DNA of 64,000 nt from Minisyncoccota bacterium (GCA_035546575.1 DASZWN010000003.1:1530-65529), one strand, 5' to 3'. Numbered from the stretch's first letter, positions 18,898 to 29,139 are shown. Translations and numbers: made by a program. Notes: generated by a model from the sequence alone, not told the origin.

Positions 18898-20154
18898 ATG
18901 CGGCTCACAGATCTCGAAAAAATAGAGAACTCGACCGTTATCCTAGATATAGACGGTACGCTCACGCACCCTGGCGGCAGCACTATTGTGCCTGAGATTA
19001 TGGAGGCTGTAGAGCGCTTGCGCACTCACAACGATGTCTACCTCCTCTCAAACCGTGGCGATCATGTGCGCGATGCAGCAATCGCTCAGATACTCGGTGT
19101 CGGCTACATAGAGACATCGCACCGCAAACCCGACCCCCGCGCACTGCGCAGCCTCGAGCGCAAACGCGCCGCTCTTGTTGTCATAGGCGACAAAATACTT
19201 ACCGACGGACTCCTCGCGCTCATGACAGGCGCGCGGTTTATACACATCAGCCGTATCGTGAGCGCTCATGACTCATCTGCCGATCAATTGGCGCATGCGA
19301 TAGACGACACTGTCGCCCATGCGTTCTCTTTACTGCGCCTTTTGCGGCCGGTGCAGTGGGCTAAAAACGCGCTCGTGTTTGTGCCGCTCTTTTTTGCACG
19401 CGAGTTTTTTGATGCGGGTGCGCTGGGGAGTATTACCGCAGTATTTTTTGCCTTTTGTTTTATCGCAAGCGCCGGGTACATCATCAACGACATGCTCGAC
19501 GTCGAGGCCGACCGCGCGCACCCGCGCAAGCGCAATCGCCCGCTCGCCTCGGGCGAGGTATTGATGCCCGAAGCGCTCACAGCGGCAGCGCTTCTTCTTA
19601 TGGCATCGGCGGCGTTGTTTCTTGCATACGCTCCTGCTGCTCTATTGGTGGGAGGTGTCTACTTTGCTTCCTCCCTTGTCTACAGCTCGTATATAAAAAA
19701 GATTCCGCTCCTCGAGATGGTCGGCTTCATGTGGTTTTATTTTGCGCGGGTACTTGCAGGCAGCGTTGCGGTAAGCATACCGCTCTCCGCCTGGCTTATA
19801 CTCGCTATTCTGTTCCTCTCACTCTTTTTTATCGCCGCAAAACGCTATGCAGAAAAAACAAGCGGCCGTGGACGTAGCGTACTCGTGCACTATCCAGAAA
19901 AGTTTCTTGAAGGGCTCCTGTTCCTCAGCGCCGGTCTCGTGGTCGTGTTTTACGGACTGTACAGTATCCTGGGCGTCTCATCGCCTATCGCCGTATACTC
20001 AACGGTGCCGATACTTGCCGCAGTGATCCGCTACCTCCAGCTTTCGTTCTCAGGCCAGGGGACTGAATATCCGGAAAAACTTCTCTTTTCCGACTCGGGT
20101 ATTCGTATTGCCGGTGTCGCATGGTTCCTCCTCATGCTCGCGGTATTTTATTAG
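18898..20154 (+). CDS. fusion of a HAD-IIIA (YqeG-like) phosphatase and a UbiA-family polyprenyl-phosphate 5-phosphoribosyltransferase
   Basis: N-terminal DIDGTL, LSN, KP, IGDKILTDG; C-terminal RPVQWAKN, YIINDMLDVEADRAHPRKRNRPLASG, KRYAE. Confidence 0.85.
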   Translation: MRLTDLEKIENSTVILDIDGTLTHPGGSTIVPEIMEAVERLRTHNDVYLLSNRGDHVRDAAIAQILGVGYIETSHRKPDPRALRSLERKRAALVVIGDKILTDGLLALMTGARFIHISRIVSAHDSSADQLAHAIDDTVAHAFSLLRLLRPVQWAKNALVFVPLFFAREFFDAGALGSITAVFFAFCFIASAGYIINDMLDVEADRAHPRKRNRPLASGEVLMPEALTAAALLLMASAALFLAYAPAALLVGGVYFASSLVYSSYIKKIPLLEMVGFMWFYFARVLAGSVAVSIPLSAWLILAILFLSLFFIAAKRYAEKTSGRGRSVLVHYPEKFLEGLLFLSAGLVVVFYGLYSILGVSSPIAVYSTVPILAAVIRYLQLSFSGQGTEYPEKLLFSDSGIRIAGVAWFLLMLAVFY

Positions 20155-20202
20155 CCGCTTCGCTTATATTTTACATGTGCTCGTGGTATATATAATCCAC
20201 AT

Positions 20203-21237
20203 ATGCGTTTTTTTATCACAGGGGGTGCGGGGTTTTTGGGGATTAATCTAGTACGGAATCTGTTGGCAAAAGGCCATGAAGTGCGCTCCTACGATCTCCT
20301 CCCTTTTGATTATCCTGAGAAGGATCGCGTCAGTGCAGTCGAGGGCGATATACGCGACTACGATGCGCTGGTGCAGGCAATGCAGGGGGCCGACGTGGTG
20401 ATACACACGGCAGCCGCACTCCCGCTCTATAAGGCAGAAGATATCCGCACGACCGACATTGACGGCACACGCAATGTGCTCAAGGCGGCAAAGCAAAATA
20501 ACATTTCGCGAGTAGTGCATGTCTCGTCCACTGCCGTGTATGGTATCCCCGACCACCACCCGCTCTACGAGGACGACAAGCTCGACGGTGTGGGCGAGTA
20601 CGGCAAGGCAAAAATCGCCGCCGAAGATATTTGTAAGGAGTATCGCGCGCAGGGCATGATTGTGCCGATTATCCGACCAAAATCTTTTATCGGCCCGGAG
20701 CGCTTGGGAGTGTTTGCGCTCTTTTACGATTGGGCCGCAGACGGGCACAACTTCCCCACGATCGGCAACGGCAAAAACCGCTACCAGCTGCTCGATGTTG
20801 AGGATTTGTGCGACGCGATCTACCTGGTTTCCACGCTGCCAGCAGAAAAGGCTAACGACACGTTTAATATCGGTGCAAAGGAGTTTATGACGATGCGCGA
20901 AGATTATCAGGCGGTGCTCGATCGCGCTGGCTTTGGCAAGCGCGTTATCGGTTTGCCAGCTGCGCCTGCAATCTGGACGCTGCGGTTCCTCGAGATGCTG
21001 CACCTCTCGCCGCTTTACAAGTGGGTCTACGAGACTGCAAGCAAAGACAGTTTTGTATCGATAGAAAAAGCACAAAAGAAATTGGGCTATGCGCCTAAGT
21101 ACTCCAATAAAGATGCGCTTATACGCAATTACGAATGGTATCTCAGCAAGCGCGAGAGTTTTAAGGGCGAGAGTGGCGTAACGCATCGCGTCCCGTGGAA
21201 GCAAGGCATACTTTCTATCGCCAAATTGTTCTTTTAA
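20203..21237 (+). CDS. extended SDR NAD-dependent epimerase/dehydrogenase
   Basis: TGGAGFLG, SSTAVYG, YGKAK. Confidence 0.88.
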   Translation: MRFFITGGAGFLGINLVRNLLAKGHEVRSYDLLPFDYPEKDRVSAVEGDIRDYDALVQAMQGADVVIHTAAALPLYKAEDIRTTDIDGTRNVLKAAKQNNISRVVHVSSTAVYGIPDHHPLYEDDKLDGVGEYGKAKIAAEDICKEYRAQGMIVPIIRPKSFIGPERLGVFALFYDWAADGHNFPTIGNGKNRYQLLDVEDLCDAIYLVSTLPAEKANDTFNIGAKEFMTMREDYQAVLDRAGFGKRVIGLPAAPAIWTLRFLEMLHLSPLYKWVYETASKDSFVSIEKAQKKLGYAPKYSNKDALIRNYEWYLSKRESFKGESGVTHRVPWKQGILSIAKLFF

Positions 21238-21250
21238 ACGGGATACGCCT

Positions 21251-22777
21251 ATGCCTCCAATTAAAAAGCTGGCGAGTGTAGAGGGTGCGCTGCTGGCGCT
21301 TCTGGGAGCGGGCGCTTTTCTGTCGGTTTTATTCGCGCTCGGTTTCCCTTTTGATCATAATGAGCACATGTATTTGACGGCGGGGCGCCTCCTTGCCGAA
21401 TATCCTCTATATACTGCAGTCGGATATGTACAAATGCCCTTGCTCCCCTGGATATATTCGATTTTGTTCCCCGTCGGGCATCTGTTGGGCGCTCCAGCGC
21501 TGCTGGTAGCTCGCTTGGTAACCGCCGCCGCATTTTTAGGAACGGTCTTTTTTGCCGTTCGTATCGTGTATATATGGGTGCCTGCCGCATGGTTCGCGTA
21601 TGCAATAGGTTGTCTGGTTCTTTTTGATAAGATACTCCAGTTCGCAGCACGCGAAGCAGACGCCGACATGCTGGCGCTCCTATGCTGGGCGGCTGCTCTG
21701 TATCTGTGGTCTCGAGCGATCCGCGAACATAAAGGCTCGTTATATTTTTTCAGCATAGGATCCCTGATAACGGGTGCGGCCCTGCTCCGACTTTTTTATA
21801 TGCCTCTTATTCTTCTCGCTATCGCAGCTCCTTTTTTCCTTTTGTCGGAAGGTGAAGGATTGCCTGTCGCTCTGCGACGGGCTCTATGGATTGTCGGAGG
21901 CATGGTAGTGTCGGCCACGCCATTCCTGCTTTTATATGGACCCCATGTACCCGTAGTATGGGACATGGTATTCAGCTATCACCAGCTTAACGCTGCAGAT
22001 CAAAGCGCTATTTCTGGCCTAAGCCAAAAATTAGCACTTGCATATGCGGCATTTTCAAGTCCCGCCACCTGGACGGGCGTGCTGCTTGTCATTGTTGCAC
22101 TTTGGCTTGGAAAAGCGTCGGATCTCGCCTTTGGCCTGTCACTAAGAGCCCGTTTCGGTCTTTTTGTGCTTGTGCTTGGAGGCCTAGAATGTGTGCTTGC
22201 TTTTGCGCCGACTCCGGTGTGGAGCACCTATTTTGCGCCTTTCCTTCTGTTTTCAGTCTTAGGAGGCGCAGTACTATTGCCTCAGGCGGAAGAAAGGTAT
22301 GCATCGCTTATGCAAGCATTTTGTGTTGGGCTGATCGTAATTAATCTGCCTTTTGCTCTCCAGCAAGTCGTACGCGGCGCTTATGCCTGGGTTCACCCGT
22401 CTTCTCTTCCATTTATCGCCATATCTACTGACGCGAAGCGTATCGATGATCATTTCGCCGCAGGCACCAGCTTCGCAACATTAACACCGGGCTTTCTGAT
22501 TGATACGGATATTAGGCTATTGCCTCAATTTGCTAGCGGTCCATTCCTGTATCGCGTAGGAGATACGTGGTCGCCTCAGGAGCGGACCATGCTCGGTATT
22601 GCAACCCCGTCCTCCCTGAATACCCTTTTTGCTATTCAAAAGCCGGACGCCATCATGGTCGGATGCGAAGGGGAGCTTGACGCGTCGCTTGAGCAGTACG
22701 CCTTAACAAACAGCTACCAGCGTATCCCAGGGACATATTTTGGGTGTGCGCGTATATACGAAAGAATCAAATCATGA
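21251..22777 (+). CDS. GT-C fold multi-pass membrane glycosyltransferase (ArnT/PMT-like)
   Basis: DHNEHMY acidic loop after TM1, QMPL, more than 10 TMs, soluble C-terminal domain. Confidence 0.65.
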   Translation: MPPIKKLASVEGALLALLGAGAFLSVLFALGFPFDHNEHMYLTAGRLLAEYPLYTAVGYVQMPLLPWIYSILFPVGHLLGAPALLVARLVTAAAFLGTVFFAVRIVYIWVPAAWFAYAIGCLVLFDKILQFAAREADADMLALLCWAAALYLWSRAIREHKGSLYFFSIGSLITGAALLRLFYMPLILLAIAAPFFLLSEGEGLPVALRRALWIVGGMVVSATPFLLLYGPHVPVVWDMVFSYHQLNAADQSAISGLSQKLALAYAAFSSPATWTGVLLVIVALWLGKASDLAFGLSLRARFGLFVLVLGGLECVLAFAPTPVWSTYFAPFLLFSVLGGAVLLPQAEERYASLMQAFCVGLIVINLPFALQQVVRGAYAWVHPSSLPFIAISTDAKRIDDHFAAGTSFATLTPGFLIDTDIRLLPQFASGPFLYRVGDTWSPQERTMLGIATPSSLNTLFAIQKPDAIMVGCEGELDASLEQYALTNSYQRIPGTYFGCARIYERIKS

Positions 22778-23847
22778 TTCGCATCTCAACACGCGTGCAG
22801 ATTACGATACTCGCGCTTCTTTACGTACTGCTTTCATGCGCGGTTTTTGCTTTTGGTGTTCATAAGAGTGTTTACTCTGTTTCCAGCACGGACCGCGTAT
22901 ATTACGAAGAGTTTTATGCTGGCGCATTAGACAAAAACTCCCCGCAACGTTTCTCCAACCCGCCACAAGGCACCAGTATTATTTTTGCCGGCCCCGATGG
23001 CGCAGCTGGCTTGCATGCGGGCATACACTTTGAGCCGATAAAGTATGCAGCCGCGGCAGTCTGGACTGTCTTTGGTGGAGCGCATGCGGTGGAGCTGTTT
23101 TACATAGCACTGTTCTTTTTGCCGCTCTTGTACGGCGGTTATATCTTGTATGCGCGAGGCGGGGACACCACACTCTTTCTTTGCCTACTTGCATACGCTT
23201 TCTCTCCGGCGGTCCTCAACACCGCAACAGACGACCTGCGCCCGTATATCGCACTTTTGCCCGGAGTACTTCTATTCTTTCTTTCAGTTCTTTATAAACG
23301 CCCTGTCTGGGAGAAATTCTTGTTTTTAAACCTCGTGCTGGCAGTCAGAGAAGAGGCGCTTTTGTTAGTGCTGCCGGTGCTCGCGTACCTGTTTGTGCGA
23401 GAGTACGCCTCGGGCATATCGCGCACTAGTTGGGCGCTACTTTTTAATTGGTGTGGCTGGTTGCTCGCTAATACTTTGTATATTGCATGGATAGCGCCGC
23501 ACTACGCGGTGCGGGGGAGTTGGTCTGCCCTTTTTAGCATCAGCGAGAGACATCTTTCTGTGGTGCTGGTTGTAATTCTGGTAGCCGCAGGGGTAACTGT
23601 CTGGGCACTAGCAAACAGAGATCGGATTTTCAGCTTTCCGTATCTGGCGGAGATTCTTTTGCTCGCCCCATTTCTGGCGCTGCTTGTTGCTTCGCCGTTT
23701 CTTACCCTCTCAGCGCCTTTCTCTTCGCTCTCCTCGGTACTTCAAAATATTTCAGGCCGCTATGGCATGATACTCACGGTCTTTCTACTTATGTTTGTGT
23801 TAGCGCAATTTGTAGATAACCATGTCAGGACCAAACTGTTTTCCTGA
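22774..23847 (+). CDS. GT-C-like membrane protein (DUF2079-like), possibly C-terminally truncated
   Basis: STD, IHFEP, DLRP, REE motifs; its 3' end overlaps the convergent gene. Confidence 0.55.
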   Translation: MIRISTRVQITILALLYVLLSCAVFAFGVHKSVYSVSSTDRVYYEEFYAGALDKNSPQRFSNPPQGTSIIFAGPDGAAGLHAGIHFEPIKYAAAAVWTVFGGAHAVELFYIALFFLPLLYGGYILYARGGDTTLFLCLLAYAFSPAVLNTATDDLRPYIALLPGVLLFFLSVLYKRPVWEKFLFLNLVLAVREEALLLVLPVLAYLFVREYASGISRTSWALLFNWCGWLLANTLYIAWIAPHYAVRGSWSALFSISERHLSVVLVVILVAAGVTVWALANRDRIFSFPYLAEILLLAPFLALLVASPFLTLSAPFSSLSSVLQNISGRYGMILTVFLLMFVLAQFVDNHVRTKLFS

Positions 23848-25467
23848 AAAAAGCTCTGTAAAAGGTCCGGTAAAGGCGCTATTTTGCATCGAGTAATCGG
23901 GCAGGCCCTCCCATGAGGCTACAAGCGCGCCCTTGGCTGCAAGGGCTCTAAGCCCCTTGAGCCGCTCCGGATCAGCCGCAGCGGCGCTCGGCGAGAAGAT
24001 GAGATAGTTGTAGCCATGCGCAGCCCAGTATGCGGGCAAGGTTTCGAAGAATGCTTCTTGGTTGACCGTAAAGAGATTGAGCGCATGTATGCCGTATGAA
24101 GGATCTGTTTTGCTGAGCGACTCGTCTGCCTCATCAGTACGGCGCACTGCGGAAGCATCGATAGCGCGCAGCTCTGCAACCGCATCGGCGGTGGCAGATA
24201 TACGCATGAGCGGTGCGTCAACAATAACTTTCTCATCTGCAGTATGTGCCAGCACCCACTCCCGTGCCATTGCTCTGGTGTCGCTCTCTATTGCAAGCAT
24301 GCTAAACCGCACGGACGCCACAAGCGGGATACACAACAAAACGCAAAGTAGCGCGAGCACCCATGTGCGGCGTGCCAGGTAGTCGAAGGCAAATCCGCCA
24401 GCCAATGTGTAAAAGATGAGTAGCGGCAGCATAAAGCGAGCTTCGAGTCGGAAGGCAGAGAAAAATATCGCACAGTAGGAGAGGAAGAATCCTAAAATAA
24501 AGTAAAACATCGGCCGCTTTACTATCACCAGAGTTATAAGCCCTGCAAGGAAGAGTCCAATGAGCACTGGCTCCGAGTATGCCTGCAAGAGTAGTATGCG
24601 CACGGGGCTCAAAAGCAGTGCATGTATGTCGAGATGGGCGAGCGAGGTAAGAAACGTGCCGTCACCTGCAAAACCATTGCTATTTTTGTAGAGGAGCGAG
24701 GGCAGGGCACATAAAAGGGCAAATAACACCACTGCGCCATAGAGCAGCTTTTCTTTAAAGATCTCGCGCAGACGCATGGTCCCTTGCGTGAGCCACCACC
24801 AGAAGATGAGCACTGGTGTAAGGATCAAAATAGGCGAGACTCCCACGCCAATGCCACCCGCGACCAGCGCCCAAAAATAGCGGCGCGACTCCCCTATGTG
24901 TGTGCGCGTGAGTATATAGAGCACGAGAACAAAAAAGAATGTTGCTGGCACCCAGTGGCGCGCTACCATCGAGAGCCCAATATCGAGCAAACTTGTTGCA
25001 AACAAAAAGGCAGTGACAAGCGCGGCGCGGCGCGAGAATAACGACTGCGCAATGCGATACAAAAGCCAGACAGAGGCGAGTGTAAAGGCAATTGAGATAA
25101 GCCGTGCGGCAATAAAAAATAGCGAGAGGTCGGAGAGCAAGTGAGCGCTAAAGAGCGCCGATCCCCCATGCCAGGAAAGATACTCAAATCCGAGTATCCC
25201 GATAAAGGGAGTCAGGAATATATACGAAAGGTAGGGCGGGTAGTAGAGGATGCCCGCAAAGGGTGCTGGATTGAGCGCCGGGATAACGGTCTTGAGTTGG
25301 ATCATCTGGAGAGCTCCAAGAATAAGAGACGGTTCATCGCTAATAGACGAGGTGAGGGGTAAGGCATAGAAGATCCCTACTATGCGCAAGCCAAAGGCAA
25401 GCAAAATAATCCCAACGAGGATCAGATGCGCCGGTTGCTGTAAAAAAAGTCTTATTCGGGTAACCAT
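23800..25467 (-). CDS. GT-C fold membrane glycosyltransferase (PMT/ArnT-like)
   Basis: LRIVGI...SDEP, YYPP, ARLIS, EARFMLP, DTRAMAREW. Confidence 0.75.
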   Translation of the reverse strand: MVTRIRLFLQQPAHLILVGIILLAFGLRIVGIFYALPLTSSISDEPSLILGALQMIQLKTVIPALNPAPFAGILYYPPYLSYIFLTPFIGILGFEYLSWHGGSALFSAHLLSDLSLFFIAARLISIAFTLASVWLLYRIAQSLFSRRAALVTAFLFATSLLDIGLSMVARHWVPATFFFVLVLYILTRTHIGESRRYFWALVAGGIGVGVSPILILTPVLIFWWWLTQGTMRLREIFKEKLLYGAVVLFALLCALPSLLYKNSNGFAGDGTFLTSLAHLDIHALLLSPVRILLLQAYSEPVLIGLFLAGLITLVIVKRPMFYFILGFFLSYCAIFFSAFRLEARFMLPLLIFYTLAGGFAFDYLARRTWVLALLCVLLCIPLVASVRFSMLAIESDTRAMAREWVLAHTADEKVIVDAPLMRISATADAVAELRAIDASAVRRTDEADESLSKTDPSYGIHALNLFTVNQEAFFETLPAYWAAHGYNYLIFSPSAAAADPERLKGLRALAAKGALVASWEGLPDYSMQNSAFTGPFTELFSGKQFGPDMVIYKLR

Positions 25468-25526
25468 GCTATAACAGGCGTATGTGCGATAGGCTTACCG
25501 CCTAGCTATTATAGACTGTAACTACT

Positions 25527-27251
25527 ATGGAGCCACACACAGGCAATGCACCATATCTACGCTTCTGGACGCAGACAGTCTCCTGGACGCTGAGTTTTCT
25601 TGCGCTCGGTATTATAGCCCTCTACACATTTGTATTGATAAGCAAGGGCACCAATGTCTGGGACGACAGTTTCATGTTTGTGCGCTACGCGCGCAACCTG
25701 TTTGCGCACGGAATGATCTCCTGGGACGGAATGCAGCCATCTTACGGTCTTACCTCACTGGCGCACCTATTTGTTGTTCTGCCTTTTGTAAAAATACTCC
25801 CAAACGCTTTTGCGGCGATCATTGCGGGAAGTATTACCGGATTTTTGCTATTTCTTGCGGCAACTTTTTTTCTTGTACGAACTATAGTTGCGCATCGAAC
25901 CGCTGTGTTGCCGCTATGTCTGGCTGTTATAGCGAGTGTTCTTGCACTCGGACATGAGTCGTTGAGCATCATCATCTCTAGCGGTATGGATACCATGACA
26001 TCTACTGCCTATCTGAGCCTATATCTCGGTATGCTTGTTCGCATAATGTCCGCCTCTAGAGACTATAGTCGCAGCCTTATAGTATCAGTGGGGATTTTGG
26101 GAGGCTGCGCATATGTAGTCCGCCCCGATTTGCTCATATACAGCGTTATGGTTCCGCTTGTATGTATACTGTGGTCCGACAACGCACAACTCCGGTCAAA
26201 CGCAAAAGTTTTGCTTGCTGCGACCGGCGCCACGGTGTTGCTGTTCCTTGGTGCTGCATGGATGTATTTTGGCACTCCGCTTCCGCTTCCGTTTTATGCC
26301 AAGAGCGGCCTGCTCTACGATCCAATACTCGCACAACGATATACGTTTATTCCGATACTGCAGTTTATTATTAGTCTAGATTCTTTTACCCTGCTCTGGT
26401 TCGCCCTGCCGCTGTTCTTTATTGCGATACGGAAGCAGCTTCTACGCCGTACGCCGTACGCCCTGTATGTAGGTATAGGGCTTTCTGTTTTTGCATTGAC
26501 AGCATATTTTCTCTTTTTTGTGATTCAGGTTATGCCATATGCAGGCAGATTTTATTACCCTGCACTACCGGGGCTTATCGCCTTACTCACCCTGCTTATA
26601 TGCAAAGGCTGGGATGCTATAGAGCCGCTATATAGGGGGAAAATCGTATACGGGGGCATATTAGGTGTATGTATTATCTTGACGGCCGTGCTACTGCCTC
26701 TTTTTGTACAAGCATCCGAATATACGATATATGCGCTCACACACCAGAGAGCCCAAGTACATCTATTGCTTAAAGGGACTACTGAAGATTCGTACCTCAA
26801 TAATCCCAGCCTTTTTGCTGTATGGCCTTGTCTTGCAGTAGCGGAAAATCTTCCTTCATCCATATCCCTAGCTACTACAGAAGTGGGAGTGCCCTCGGTA
26901 CTTAACTCACCACATCCGGTTCTGGACCTCTCCGGTCTTAACGACACTCAGATTGGCCTGGGCCATATATCCGTGGTGCAGGCGGTACTGGAGGCGCACA
27001 GCGACGTGGTGTACTTGCCAAGCGCTCGCGACTATCCAGCACTGCACACATCCTTGCTTGTCCAACCAGAGTTTAGGAAGAGCTATACGGTATATCCCGC
27101 AACTTCAACCGGCGCCCTTGGAGATGTTGCGGTGCGGCGCGAAAGCTCAGCTGCTGTACCCGTGGGGGCATGCATGCAAAAAGTCAGTTTACAGCCGCCG
27201 CCTCAGGGAGGCTTTTATCACATTACGCTTCCCTTTTTACTCAATGAATGA
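25527..27251 (+). CDS. GT-C membrane protein resembling arabinofuranosyltransferases (AftB-like)
   Basis: WDDSFMFVRYARNL..G, SGMDT, RPD, PLPFYAK, RFYYP, DLSGLND. Confidence 0.7.
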   Translation: MEPHTGNAPYLRFWTQTVSWTLSFLALGIIALYTFVLISKGTNVWDDSFMFVRYARNLFAHGMISWDGMQPSYGLTSLAHLFVVLPFVKILPNAFAAIIAGSITGFLLFLAATFFLVRTIVAHRTAVLPLCLAVIASVLALGHESLSIIISSGMDTMTSTAYLSLYLGMLVRIMSASRDYSRSLIVSVGILGGCAYVVRPDLLIYSVMVPLVCILWSDNAQLRSNAKVLLAATGATVLLFLGAAWMYFGTPLPLPFYAKSGLLYDPILAQRYTFIPILQFIISLDSFTLLWFALPLFFIAIRKQLLRRTPYALYVGIGLSVFALTAYFLFFVIQVMPYAGRFYYPALPGLIALLTLLICKGWDAIEPLYRGKIVYGGILGVCIILTAVLLPLFVQASEYTIYALTHQRAQVHLLLKGTTEDSYLNNPSLFAVWPCLAVAENLPSSISLATTEVGVPSVLNSPHPVLDLSGLNDTQIGLGHISVVQAVLEAHSDVVYLPSARDYPALHTSLLVQPEFRKSYTVYPATSTGALGDVAVRRESSAAVPVGACMQKVSLQPPPQGGFYHITLPFLLNE

Positions 27252-27266
27252 TCGCAGCATGGAGGT

Positions 27267-28400
27267 ATGGAAAGAAAATTAAAACTACTTTTTTTAACAA
27301 ATGATTTTTCTGCAGGAGGAGTACAGCGTATTATTGCTGATTTTGCTAACCGAATGCACGGCGAGCGCTTTGAGGTAGAGGTAGCTGTGCTGTGGGATAA
27401 ACCGGGATACTCTTTTACTGTTGACCAGCTGCGGCATGATGTCCCTCTGACCAACCTTGGCTTTAAAAAATTCTGGGATATCGCAGGCTGGTATCGGTTA
27501 TATCGTTTTATCCGGGCAAAACGATTCGATATTGTGTTTACGCAGCTTTTCATGGCCGATTTGTTTGGTCGCACTGCCGCTTATCTTGCGCGCACTCCGG
27601 TTATTGTGACCGAGATACAAAACCTTATTCCGCATCTCCCAAAAAAGTACATCGTGGCTGATCGCGTGCTGCGTCATATTACCGATCTGTGCCTGTCTCC
27701 CACGGCAGCTATAACGCACTATGCTCGTGATGTGATCGGCTACTCAGCTCAGGACGTAGTTGAGGTTCCTACCAATAGTATCGACGAAAAACGGTTTGAG
27801 GCTGCACCCGATGTTGCTGCAGTGCGCGCAAGTCTTAGTGTCCCCGCCGACGCGCCGTTTATTGTGAGCGTGGGCCGGCTGATAGAACAGAAGGGCCATA
27901 CGGTGTTGCTTAAAGCCATGCCACTTGTACTCAAACAGCTGCCAAACGCCCGCGCCGCAATTGTCGGAGGAGGCGACCTGCATGATGCGCTGCTGGCGGA
28001 GACAAAACAGCTAGGACTTGAAGATAGTGTTACGTTTGCGGGTATCCGAAAGGATATTCCTGCGATTATGCAAAGCGCCGACGTATTTGCTTTTCCTTCG
28101 TTATATGAAGGGCAGGGCGTGGTGTTGTTTGAGGCAATGTTTTCGCATCTGCCTATTGCAGCCTCCGGGGTAGGAGGCATTCTTGATGTGATTAAGGATA
28201 ATGAAACCGGATTGCTGGCTCCGCCTGGAGATCCTGCTGCGCTTGCGCACGCACTAGTGCGTCTGCTCACCGACGCATCTCTGCGAGCCCGTGTATGCGA
28301 ACAGGCGCTGCTGGCGTATGGGGATCGTACACTCACGCACTCTGCAGCAGTGCTAGGCGACGTGCTACTTAAGGTATATGCGCAAAAGTTGACAAAATAA
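27267..28400 (+). CDS. glycosyltransferase family 4
   Basis: GGVQR, VGRLIEQKGH, PSLYEGQGVVLFEAM. Confidence 0.92.
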   Translation: MERKLKLLFLTNDFSAGGVQRIIADFANRMHGERFEVEVAVLWDKPGYSFTVDQLRHDVPLTNLGFKKFWDIAGWYRLYRFIRAKRFDIVFTQLFMADLFGRTAAYLARTPVIVTEIQNLIPHLPKKYIVADRVLRHITDLCLSPTAAITHYARDVIGYSAQDVVEVPTNSIDEKRFEAAPDVAAVRASLSVPADAPFIVSVGRLIEQKGHTVLLKAMPLVLKQLPNARAAIVGGGDLHDALLAETKQLGLEDSVTFAGIRKDIPAIMQSADVFAFPSLYEGQGVVLFEAMFSHLPIAASGVGGILDVIKDNETGLLAPPGDPAALAHALVRLLTDASLRARVCEQALLAYGDRTLTHSAAVLGDVLLKVYAQKLTK

Positions 28401-28438
28401 AAGTGTAGGGTATTTTTAAAAAAGAAGGAGAATCCAAT

Positions 28439-29092
28439 ATGCAACTTAAGATCTCGATTTTGGTCGATAACCCAAACAGCTGGATTGTCCCGACTGCTCA
28501 AAGGCTCGTTTCGGCAATTGCAGAGCGCGGGCATACGGCTCAGCTGTTCCACACCCAGGAAGAAATTCCGGCCGGAGATATTGCATTTGTGCTGGGATGC
28601 GAAAAGATTCTTCCTGTTGAGGTGCTTCGTCGCAATACGCACAACATTGTGGTGCATCCGAGCGCGCTTCCACAGGGGCGGGGTTTCTCTCCGCTGACCT
28701 GGCAAATTTTGGATGGGAAGAACGACATTCCGGTCACGCTGTTTGAAGCTGCGGAAAAAGTCGACACCGGCCCCATATACCTTCAGGGTATGATCCACTT
28801 CGAAGGCCACGAGCTCAATCCTGAGCTTAAGGCGGCGCAGGGAGACATAACCATCAAACTCGCACTGCAGTTTCTAGATGAATATCCTCCGAAGGTTTCG
28901 CGGCTGCCCGAAGGAGAGGGCAGCTGGTATAAACGCCGATCTCCCGGAGACAGTAGGCTCGACCCGCACAAGACGTTGGCAGAGCAGTTTAATCTGCTGC
29001 GCGTGGCTGACAACGAACGGTATCCGGCCTTTTTCGAACTTGAGGGTCACCAATATGTCCTCCGCATAACCAAAACCGAGCCCGAAAAGTAA
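28439..29092 (+). CDS. formyltransferase (Fmt-like, probable NDP-amino-sugar N-formyltransferase)
   Basis: NIVVHPSALPQGRGFSP, VDTGPI, FNLLRVADNERYPAFF; AAGGAG SD. Confidence 0.85.
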   Translation: MQLKISILVDNPNSWIVPTAQRLVSAIAERGHTAQLFHTQEEIPAGDIAFVLGCEKILPVEVLRRNTHNIVVHPSALPQGRGFSPLTWQILDGKNDIPVTLFEAAEKVDTGPIYLQGMIHFEGHELNPELKAAQGDITIKLALQFLDEYPPKVSRLPEGEGSWYKRRSPGDSRLDPHKTLAEQFNLLRVADNERYPAFFELEGHQYVLRITKTEPEK

Positions 29093-29108
29093 TTCCATGC
29101 ATTATGTA

Positions 29109-29139
29109 GAGCCCCCGCCCACGCGGGGGCTTCTTCTTG
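29109..29139 (+). terminator. intrinsic terminator after the formyltransferase
   Basis: GAGCCCCCGC-ccac-GCGGGGGCTT followed by CTTCTT. Confidence 0.6.

Noticed and set aside
27749-28810. Long antisense ORFs (353 aa here; also 20248-21204, 44906-45778, 9921-10664, 41803-42567)
   Set aside because: They are shadows of clearly identified genes on the opposite strand and have no recognisable motifs
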